Virus record (IMG/VR): IMGVR_UViG_3300007345_000001
Length of the DNA stretch: 64,000 nt
Source: a virus
Strand: one strand, 5' to 3'
The position numbers and the translations under genes were made by a program. The notes below the pieces were generated by a model, which was not told where the DNA came from, made no database searches, and was given only the letters and a program-made list of their open reading frames with translations. This document shows, in pieces, positions 33,412-42,800 of the stretch. The stretch's first letter is position 1. Every line of letters starts with the position of its first letter.

Positions 33412-34000
33412 AAATATATTTGATTACATCAAAGATTTAAAGACACTTTTAATCATTGTTCTTATTATTGTTATACTATTAATGAGATCTTGCTCTGGTA
33501 ATAAGCAGCCAGTAGAGCCTAAAATTATTACTAAGATTGAGACAAGATATGATACTATCACAAAAGAAGTACCTGTTTACGTACCTAAATACGTACAGAA
33601 AATAGAGACCAGGATAGACACTATAATTAAAACACAACCTATTGATACAGTAGCAATACTAAAAGATTACTTTGCTACATATGTATATCAAGATAGACAA
33701 AAGCTTGATAGCCTTAACTTAACTATTATAGACTCTATCTCACAGAATAAGATCTTTGCACGCAGTATAGAGTATGATCTTATTTATCCCACCACAACAA
33801 TTACTAAAGAAATCTACCTAAATAATAGAGAGCTATACTGGGGTCTAGATATAAATGGTACAGCTGATCAATTAAACTATGTGGGTGGAGGACTTATCTA
33901 TAGAAATAGAAAGAAACAAATCTATGGATTAGGTGTAGGCATAGATCAAAATCTACAGCCTGTATTATCTGGAAGACTTTATTGGAAGATTGGAAAGTAA
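33395..34000 (+). CDS. N-terminally anchored (or lipidated) envelope protein (201 aa)
   Basis: The hydrophobic stretch TLLIIVLIIVILLMRSC is followed by a beta-rich body. It overlaps the upstream gene by 17 nt. Confidence 0.5.
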   Translation: MQVNSKNIFDYIKDLKTLLIIVLIIVILLMRSCSGNKQPVEPKIITKIETRYDTITKEVPVYVPKYVQKIETRIDTIIKTQPIDTVAILKDYFATYVYQDRQKLDSLNLTIIDSISQNKIFARSIEYDLIYPTTTITKEIYLNNRELYWGLDINGTADQLNYVGGGLIYRNRKKQIYGLGVGIDQNLQPVLSGRLYWKIGK

Positions 34001-34010
34001 CGGCCAGGCT

Positions 34011-34064
34011 GCTAGAGGTTGGGGCTTCAACCCACTTGGCTTATCACTCCCTCTACAACCTAGC
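34011..34064. other. GC-rich structured element in the convergent intergenic region (probable bidirectional terminator)
   Basis: GCTA-GGTTG (34011-34021, with a 2-nt bulge) pairs with CAACC-TAGC (34056-34064). An alternative pairing is TAGAGG with CCTCTA. The segment is visibly GC-rich against an AT-rich background. Confidence 0.4.
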
Positions 34065-34090
34065 TCAAACAAATTACCATCTATAGGTAA

Positions 34091-37000
34091 TTATTTAATA
34101 AAGAAGTTATTAAACTGAATGTAGTCATTCCATTTCTTTACCTCATATAAAATAGGTATTACGTCAGACCACTCTTTATTTACTTTTAATTGTCCGGCTC
34201 TTCTACCCCTTGTATAATATACATCTTTGTTGTAGAACCAGTCTTCTGGATCACCTGTAGCTAAATAGACTGCTCCATTTTTAGCATAACTGAATGTAGC
34301 ATCTAATGCTCCACCAAATTCACCTAATGTTCTAGTTGCAGCAAATGGACTTTCAAAAAATTGTAGGACTTGTTGATATCCACCAAGGGATGGTGTAAAT
34401 AGAATCATTTCATCTCTAGCTCTATCTGCTTGATAGCGTGCAATGTTCTTAAGTCTTTTAATTGTATCACCGTCATCATCATCTGCCCACATACCTCTTA
34501 ACAAACCAATGGTCATATAAATCATCATGATAGTTGCAAGTTCACCATTAACTCTATGAATATTATATACTTTATTCATAATACGGTCATCAGCTTGTGA
34601 ACCATCATCTTGGAATCCAAGAGACTCCATGAAACCTTTAATAGAATTTTCTTTACCGGTTAAAACATTAGATGCGTTCTTCAATACATATCTTATAAAC
34701 TGAGCATATGATATGTATCTACCTTCCAACCAACCAAGGTTTTCATCAAAGTATTCTGCTTGCCATCTTGCTCTAATTGCAGGTGCCACCCATTTATGGA
34801 ACTGTGCTAATAATTTACCAAGAGTATAGGTTTGTAAAACCATTCTATCTTCTCTTGCATAGTTACCATGAATCTGTTTATTAACCTCACGGATTTTCAT
34901 ACGCAAGTTATATCTAAAGGTATCATTGTATTCACCTTCTACAGTGTATAGCATGTTGCCCTTCTCATCTCTTTTTATATTGCTTCCTTTAAGTGCTTGT
35001 CTAAACGTAGGAATATTTTTCTTAGGTTTTACTATTGTTGTAAAACCTTCTTTCATATCTAATTCTTGATCTCCATTAAACTCAAAAGCATCATATAGAC
35101 TTAGTATTTCTCCTGTAGTTGGATTTAAAATATATGTATCCATCAGAATAGCCATACCTACTTTAGTCTGTACATTATATTCTGCAGCATCCTGGAAAGA
35201 ATAACCAAATTCTTTAAATCTTTCCCAGTATGATTTTCCTGTTGTGTCCGTTATACCAGCTTGCTCTCGGATATCACCTTTGTTATCCATCATTCTAAAT
35301 AGATCAACAAAAGCTTCATATTTACTTTGTGGCTTATAAGGATCAAATGCAGCACCTGTTCTTACTTTCATAGCACTGTAAGATGCTCTTTGAATTATAT
35401 CAGATATAGCTCTACCATTAAATTCTTTTGTTGCTCTTATATAAGCATTTCTGGAGAAGAACCTTTGTCCCATAACCTCAATACCGTTGTTAAGTCTACC
35501 TAATACATAGTTATTAAAGTTACCAAAGACGTTAAATGCTACATATGATAATGAAGTATAAGATAGTAGTTTATCAACCGCCTTCTCTAACATACCTTTT
35601 GTTACATCTTCTTCATCATAGAATACCATCTCCATGAATTTCTCTGCAGCATTTTGAACATTAGCTCTTTTCTTCATGTATACATCTTGATCTTTCTTGC
35701 CACTTACACTTCTTGCAATTCTTTTAATCTTAGAAGAGTTTTCTTTGTATTGTCTCTTTTCAATAACTGTTTGGAAAGCAATCATTGTATCTTCTACAGC
35801 AGTCATGATTTCATAATTTTCTGCCATAGCACTAAACTTAAGTAGACTTGATACCATATCAAAACTTAACTCTTGTGCTGTAGGTTTAGATCTTATAGCA
35901 GCAATCTTAGATTCAAGCTCTGCAACTTTACTATTGTATGTTTCAGAGTTAGCTCTAGGAGCTTTTGCATATGCTTCTTTTATTTCTTCAAGCTCTTTTT
36001 CTAATTTTTCAATTGCTTCTTCACTTCTAAGATTACCAGTATACATGATTGGAATACTACTAACAATATTTCCATTTTCATCTACATTAACTCTTGTCAG
36101 TCTTGTAGTTTGTTTTGTAAAGTCTTTTACACCTCTTACAGTTCTAGCCCATAGTTGTTGTGCACCCTGTCCGTTTAACTTAATTTCTGAAGCAAGATTA
36201 CCTGCAATTCTTGGAGTTAACCCAAGCATACTATCTGCTACATTCTGTGGTAACTTATCAAGAGATTCTTTAAAGTGTCTCATGTAAGCTAAATAGAATG
36301 TTCTTCTTGCAACAGCTAATTCATCTGTTGCAGAAGCATCCATTATTGCTTTATATTTTTCACTTCTTTGATCTTTACCAGATGCAGTTATATCTCTAAC
36401 TACTCTATATTTTTTTAGTGGGAAGTGTGCAATCTTCTTGATGGTTCTTCCAGTAAATACACCATCTTTGAATATAGGACTATTAATTTCAACCGCATTA
36501 AAGTGTTTTGCATAGAAAGCTTCTTTCTCTGTTTGACTTAAACCAGCCTTATCAACCCACATTCCGTCTTCTCCAGCTGCAATAAAATCTTGATATCTAT
36601 TTCTGATATCATACCACTCTTCTGTGTACTCATGAAACTCTCCACCTGTTGGTTGTTTATCGGCACCTATTGTTTCCGCTCTTAAAAAATCAGAGTATGC
36701 TTTTTTCTTAGCATATAAATCTTTATTGAATTTGATATCTTCTGGTTTAGCTTTACTAATATCATCTATAGGTCTATACTGCAACCAGTCTCCTTGCTCA
36801 TCTGTAAGTTGAGATCTAAGCTCATATAATTTATCAGTGTATTCTTTACCAACACGCTGAACCAATCTACCTGTATGATTACCATCTTCATCAAGTTCAA
36901 TCATATAAGAGAATCTGTCTTTCATTGTTTTCCCTGGTGTGAGTCTAGAAAGTCTAGATCCAAGCATAGCAATATCATCTTCTCTTGCTTTAATTCTATC

Positions 37001-39832
37001 TAATACTCTTTGTCTTTCCTGATGCCATAGCTTTTTCATAATAGCTAATAGTGTATCAGGAGATGTATTAGTATCTCTAGTCAAGTAATCTTTACCAGAA
37101 ATATCCACAGCTTCTTTAAATAGTTGTTCAAATGGGTCAACCTCTTCTCCTGTTATAGGGTCAGTGTATGGAGTAAAATCTCTAGTGGATGTTTCTTTAA
37201 CTATTGCTTTAACGTGATTAAAGATTGCTTCATCTACAACACTTAGTTTATCTTTTGTACTTGAACTAAGTCTATTAAGAGTATTCTGTATTTGTAATAT
37301 TAGATTCTTTTGAGAATTGTTTAATGATACAACATCATCTAATTTATATAGACCTTCAAATGTTCTGGCAAAGTTTTCATAGTTTCTTGCTCTTGTGATA
37401 TAATCCGAGTTCTTAGCATTCTCTTTATCTAAGAGATACTTTTCATACTGAAGTAATTCATTCTTTGCATCTGTAAGCAGTTCCGTAAAAATTCTTCTTG
37501 TTTCTGCTGTGTCAGAAGATAAAGCAATTGTTGCTAGTGCAATGCTTGTACTAATTCTTTCAATAGCATCATCTTTAGATCTATCCATAAACACAGTACT
37601 CTTTACAGTCTGTATTACATCTCTTCTGGTAACAAGATCTTCTCTATACTTTTTAATTGCATTATAGTATACATCCATTTCAACACCACCAAATTCCGTA
37701 GCATCTTGACCTTCAGCTTGTCTTTGTGCTTCTTGTGCATCTCTATAGTCTTGATCTTCTAATACAGCACCAGCATCACTATTTCTAATAGCTTTTTTAA
37801 TTTGATCTTCAGAAACTTTATTTACGTCTCTTGGTACTAGTGCATCAACGTATGGTTTATTTTGACCTACTGGATGAAACACAGCATCCTCAAGTTCAAA
37901 GTTTCCATTGAACTTTTGATCTTTTCTTTTTCCTTCTATATCAACCCAAATATGATATGTACTAACTGCTTGATCTGAATTATCAAACTGATAACCCATG
38001 TTCTCAAGCATTCTTCTATATAGATTTACTTGAAGATTATGTTTTTGCTTAGTAGATAGTGTCTTAACACCAAATGCTTTTAGCAGAGAATCATCTTTAA
38101 TATCCCACTGAGCATTGTACTTACCATCTTCACTTGTAGAATATCTATTCTTGCTTGTTTTAAGATCAATAATCTTTAGTTTTCCTTGAGGAGATATAAG
38201 AAGTAAATCAATAGTTCCTGCAATGTTAGATCCATCTGGTGCAGTGTAATGCACTACAACTTGAGGGATAACTAAGTCACCTCTACTTCTAATTGCAGTT
38301 ATATAACCATTTAAGTTATCATATGCTCTTCTTGCTTGAGCTTCATCAAGCTTTTCCATTTGATCTTTTAGTTCATCAAATGTCTTATATAAAGCTATGC
38401 CTTCTGCTATTTTATCAAAGTCATTACCCACGGCAAGGTTAAGTGCAACGTCTTCTTCATTTTTCATCTTACCATCAATAGCCGTTGTTGTAGATACATA
38501 CTTCTTGGTTAAATCATTTAAGTTATAGTAAGTGTGATCCTTTTCATTAAGGATTACAATCTCATCACCCAATGATATATCTTCTCTACTAGCTGGAAAG
38601 CCTGAAACTTCTTGTTCTTTACTTCTAGCAACATGTAGTAGTTTATCAATCAGTTGTTTTTGTAAATCATTACCTCTTGACTTAATTGCATTCAAAGACT
38701 TTTCTCTATCTTCAGATAAAGCATACTTTACTTTTCTATCTATTCTTTCAAGAGTAAACGCTAAGTCACTGGTATTCAATAGCTTAGCTATATCAGATAA
38801 TGAGGTACCTTCTTTAATATTTTGTACTTTAAGTTCTAAACCTCCTTCTGTAATATAACTATACAGATCTTTTATGATATTCATAAACCAGTCTAAGAAA
38901 CTTTTAATCTTAGACTTGAAAGATCTTGTTGGTTCATTCTCATACTCTCTTGCAAAATGTCTAGTTAATGCTTGGGTAACAAGCTCTAAATCTCTTTGCT
39001 CCTCTGTAAACTTTCTATACTTAGTATTATATGCATCTTCTATTTCTTGAGCTAATACCGGGAAGTTCTTTTTTGCTTCTGCTAGTAAAGAATCAAATAA
39101 TTCTCTATTGTCTAAATAAAGAGCATCAACAAAAGGGTGAAGTATTTCTTCTATTGCTGTATCATTAGTAACTCTACCTTTAATAAGGATAGCTTGACCA
39201 TCAACAAAAAAACTTTTTACTGAATCAAAAGGAACCTTTGCCTTTTGCCAGCTTGGTAAACTATTATAAAAAGCTTGTGCTTCAGCAACAGTAACTATAT
39301 TAATATTAATCTGTGGAAAGACTCTTTTTAAATGTCTTAATACATCAACTGTGTGTGATGATGCTGCTGCTCTAGATTTTGGTAGAATATCTTTTGGTGT
39401 AAAGACAGTATCATCAACAGTTATAATAAAAGACTTATTGGTTCTTTCTAGTTTAACAGCTTCTCTAGGAATATTATTATGATCTAAGTATTTATATATA
39501 GCCTTACGGTTTGCTTTTAAGCTTTCTTCTGAGCCTACATATTCATTTTCTCTAGTGTTATTTACAAAGTATCTCTGGTACTTATTGGACCAGCTTATAA
39601 GATTATTACGTGATAGATTAGATAAAACAGCTTCACCAAAGTCTTTTGTCTTTAGTGAAAAAGCAGTCTCTGCATCTTTAACATACTGCTTAGCTTCTTC
39701 TACCGTGGGGTATTCTTCAGACTTATTAAACGCCTGCCAGTTGCTAATAATGCTATCAACAATAATATCTTTCTTAAACTCCTGTTTAAGATTCTGATAC
39801 TCATTTAAATTTTTATTATAACACTTGCTCAT
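34091..39832 (-). CDS. Giant virion-module protein (1913 aa) with an embedded PD-(D/E)XK nuclease core and C-terminal hydrophobic segments
   Basis: GTIDLLLISPQGKLKIIDLKTSK provides D542 and D556-x-K558. LQVNLY provides Q601...Y605. Hydrophobic stretches are LSYVAFNVFGNF and ATIMMIYMTIGLL. It starts 6 nt after the 4578-aa gene ends. Confidence 0.6.
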   Translation of the reverse strand: MSKCYNKNLNEYQNLKQEFKKDIIVDSIISNWQAFNKSEEYPTVEEAKQYVKDAETAFSLKTKDFGEAVLSNLSRNNLISWSNKYQRYFVNNTRENEYVGSEESLKANRKAIYKYLDHNNIPREAVKLERTNKSFIITVDDTVFTPKDILPKSRAAASSHTVDVLRHLKRVFPQININIVTVAEAQAFYNSLPSWQKAKVPFDSVKSFFVDGQAILIKGRVTNDTAIEEILHPFVDALYLDNRELFDSLLAEAKKNFPVLAQEIEDAYNTKYRKFTEEQRDLELVTQALTRHFAREYENEPTRSFKSKIKSFLDWFMNIIKDLYSYITEGGLELKVQNIKEGTSLSDIAKLLNTSDLAFTLERIDRKVKYALSEDREKSLNAIKSRGNDLQKQLIDKLLHVARSKEQEVSGFPASREDISLGDEIVILNEKDHTYYNLNDLTKKYVSTTTAIDGKMKNEEDVALNLAVGNDFDKIAEGIALYKTFDELKDQMEKLDEAQARRAYDNLNGYITAIRSRGDLVIPQVVVHYTAPDGSNIAGTIDLLLISPQGKLKIIDLKTSKNRYSTSEDGKYNAQWDIKDDSLLKAFGVKTLSTKQKHNLQVNLYRRMLENMGYQFDNSDQAVSTYHIWVDIEGKRKDQKFNGNFELEDAVFHPVGQNKPYVDALVPRDVNKVSEDQIKKAIRNSDAGAVLEDQDYRDAQEAQRQAEGQDATEFGGVEMDVYYNAIKKYREDLVTRRDVIQTVKSTVFMDRSKDDAIERISTSIALATIALSSDTAETRRIFTELLTDAKNELLQYEKYLLDKENAKNSDYITRARNYENFARTFEGLYKLDDVVSLNNSQKNLILQIQNTLNRLSSSTKDKLSVVDEAIFNHVKAIVKETSTRDFTPYTDPITGEEVDPFEQLFKEAVDISGKDYLTRDTNTSPDTLLAIMKKLWHQERQRVLDRIKAREDDIAMLGSRLSRLTPGKTMKDRFSYMIELDEDGNHTGRLVQRVGKEYTDKLYELRSQLTDEQGDWLQYRPIDDISKAKPEDIKFNKDLYAKKKAYSDFLRAETIGADKQPTGGEFHEYTEEWYDIRNRYQDFIAAGEDGMWVDKAGLSQTEKEAFYAKHFNAVEINSPIFKDGVFTGRTIKKIAHFPLKKYRVVRDITASGKDQRSEKYKAIMDASATDELAVARRTFYLAYMRHFKESLDKLPQNVADSMLGLTPRIAGNLASEIKLNGQGAQQLWARTVRGVKDFTKQTTRLTRVNVDENGNIVSSIPIMYTGNLRSEEAIEKLEKELEEIKEAYAKAPRANSETYNSKVAELESKIAAIRSKPTAQELSFDMVSSLLKFSAMAENYEIMTAVEDTMIAFQTVIEKRQYKENSSKIKRIARSVSGKKDQDVYMKKRANVQNAAEKFMEMVFYDEEDVTKGMLEKAVDKLLSYTSLSYVAFNVFGNFNNYVLGRLNNGIEVMGQRFFSRNAYIRATKEFNGRAISDIIQRASYSAMKVRTGAAFDPYKPQSKYEAFVDLFRMMDNKGDIREQAGITDTTGKSYWERFKEFGYSFQDAAEYNVQTKVGMAILMDTYILNPTTGEILSLYDAFEFNGDQELDMKEGFTTIVKPKKNIPTFRQALKGSNIKRDEKGNMLYTVEGEYNDTFRYNLRMKIREVNKQIHGNYAREDRMVLQTYTLGKLLAQFHKWVAPAIRARWQAEYFDENLGWLEGRYISYAQFIRYVLKNASNVLTGKENSIKGFMESLGFQDDGSQADDRIMNKVYNIHRVNGELATIMMIYMTIGLLRGMWADDDDGDTIKRLKNIARYQADRARDEMILFTPSLGGYQQVLQFFESPFAATRTLGEFGGALDATFSYAKNGAVYLATGDPEDWFYNKDVYYTRGRRAGQLKVNKEWSDVIPILYEVKKWNDYIQFNNFFIK

Positions 39833-39838
39833 TTTATA

Positions 39839-42800
39839 TTATTTAAGATAACACTTCTTAATATGCTCAGTGAATTCTTCTTCATTTGTAAATTTACTAC
39901 TTTCAAAAGACTTTCTAAAGCTTTCTAAGCTGTTAATACTAATGCCAGCATCTTGTAATGCTTCTACATCTACATCCTGTGTTTTAATAATTTCATAAAA
40001 CTCCTGAAGAGGATCAACATCTAAATTTAATTCTAATTGTTCACCTTCTTCTATTTCTTGGATAGGATCTTCTACTTGTTTTTCTTGTTGTATAAATGCT
40101 TCTAACTTAGAAGTTGCATCTTCAATACCTGCTGGTGCTTTTGCATCTGCAATATTAACACCATCAATCTCAATACCTTTTTCTGTTGCTGTTCTATCAC
40201 CTTGGTTAAATGCTTCAAGTTTTGCCAATGTATTCTGATCATAAGCAAAGTCTTCAAGAGCAGCAAAATCATCAACATCCATTGGATCAATACCACCAAA
40301 TGGATCCTCAAACATTTCTCTATTTTCACCTACCTGTAGCTTATCTAAAGTTGGTCTTGAGAAGTTTTCATTATCAAACATAAACCCTATTGCAGATTGC
40401 TTGAAAGAACCTTTAGGTACAAATCTTTCATAAGTTACTTTATCTGCAATCACTCTTCCTGATGTACTATTAATATCAATACTTGTAGTTTCTTTGCCGT
40501 TTACATCTCCAGCTTGAGTAAGTCTATAATATGTAGAACCACCAGTAACAAAATCTTTTATTTGCATAAATCTAGGGAATCCTAGTTTAGGTGCATCACT
40601 ACGCTGCTGTCTTTGAATTACAATAGAAGCTCCTTTATCAATTTTTGTTATTGAGTGCTTGTTTTGTGCTAAAGATTTTTCACTAACCGCAGCTATATTT
40701 CTTGCGTGTGAAGTAGACTCACCATAATTAGATGCAAGTTCATTAGACAATTCAATGAATGACATACCAAACACATCTTCAAAGGATTTATCACCTTTAA
40801 ATGCAGCAAATGCATTCTTTGATGCTTGTAAATATTTTTCTAAACCAAATGGTGTAATAGCATCTAACACAGAACCAAAGTCATATTGAAGACCATCCTT
40901 AATCATAATGTAATGTAAGATGTGCATTGCATCAGCTCTAGTTTCTCTTTCTCCATATAGAGATTGGAATCCATTTTGAATTCTCACTTTTTCATTGTCA
41001 CTGAGCTTACCAAAACTATTAGTGACAATAGTATTCATACCTGTTTTGTTATCGGCAGAATCAAATGGTCTATTATATAAGAAGTAATCAAGGAAGTAAT
41101 TATCTCTATCTTGATACTTAGCTCTTAGATCTGTAATAACTTTATTTATATTAAAGCTAGACTCACCCGGATATATAAATTCATTGCTTAAAGAAGCACC
41201 TATTACAGCTCCAGCTTCTGTCTCAAAGACTTGTTTCATGTAAGCTTTAAGAGTAATGTAAGCTAGAATATCTTTATATATTTTTGTTTTGAGTTTACTT
41301 CCTCTAGCATTTAACTGAGCGTATGTGTAGCTCATTACAGACTCATACATTTCTTTAAACTCTGGAGTTTGAGTTAAGAATATCTGAGGTAAAATAGACT
41401 CAGTAAATTCTTTATTAATTCTCAAATACTCACCTATAAAATGTGATGTAGGTTCATTCATTGGTGTGTTTATACCAAATGCCTTTCTAAGATCCATTGG
41501 CATAGGAGCACCTCTGTATCTCATTTCTTTAAATACATCACCTTTTACATATAAACCAAGAGCATCAATATTTTGCTGACGGTCTCTTAGTGCTGAGAAG
41601 TCTTTACCAAAACCATTGTTTAGTCTAAAGATAGAAATCATTTCATCAGCAAAAGAAACTACAGTATTTACTTTATTCATTAAGTAATATATACCTAACA
41701 ACTCAGCTTCTGATGCTTCTCCAGCAACCATAGCTTTTTCAATACTCTTAGTTGTTACCGCCACTGGTTCAATTCCCTTATTAACTAGTTCAGCAATTGC
41801 AAGCTTTAATTCACCAGCGTAAGTGTCTTCACTAATTATTTTTCTTATGCTGTCCGTATTAATAAGCATTGTAGCTGTATGTAATGGCACACCGTATGCT
41901 ACCATTGTTTCAACTGTTTTAATTGCTTTCTTAACATAACCAAGCTTACTTAACAATCTTTCTTTAGCATCATCTGTTGCTGCAGAAATCAAGTTAGATA
42001 TAATGTATTGAGATCTTCTAAGTTCTTTTAGTCCTTCTTCATTATCTACAAGCTTGTTGTATGGCTTTCCATTAATGTTAAATGCACCAAATTCTTTTCT
42101 AAGAGATACACCTTGTTCTTTCAAGAAGTTAAAGATTACATTAGGTGGTACAACAGCACCAATCAAATTTGCATTTTCTTTTACATTCTTGTGTGTAAAG
42201 TATTGACCAATTAAGTTATCAATAGAAATACCTTCTTCTAGCGTTAGAGCTTTTAAGAATGGGAATTGTTCACTTAATGTATTCCATTCTTCTTTGAGTG
42301 CTTCAACATCCGCAGGTTGATATGAAATAGGAACTCCAGTCTCTGATTCAGTAAGTTTTGTATTCCCTTGCAATGCAAAGTTCATATCCAAAATTCTGTT
42401 AATCATAGGAGCTCTATAAGGTTCTAGACCAGAATCTTTAACATACTTATTATACTCTGCTAATGTTTTAGGAAGATTTAATACATACAGAGCATGTATT
42501 GCATCCTCTGAGTAACCTAGATTTTCTAACTCTATTTCTTCACTTTTTTCAAATGATTTATCTATAGATACTAGACCACCTTGATCATACTTTAAAGCTG
42601 CATCATATAAGTATGAGCCTTTCTTGGCAACTTTCTTATTAGTGTAGTTTACATAGTCCTCAAAACCTTCTTGACCAGTTCTTGAACCATACTCAATAAA
42701 CTTACCTTCTTTAACATACCACTCTTTGATTGCAGTGTATACTTTATCAATATCAAAGTCAGCACCTGAAATCTCAATAAGTTCTTCTGGGAATACACCA

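Noticed and set aside
34001-34090. The GC-rich intergenic island could be a tRNA gene or a tRNA-derived attachment site.
   Set aside because: Neither strand gives a T-arm with a TTC-type loop closed by a 5-bp stem, nor an acceptor stem. The best candidates have 4-bp stems with wrong loop sequences. No other intergenic region in the window is long or GC-rich enough for a tRNA.
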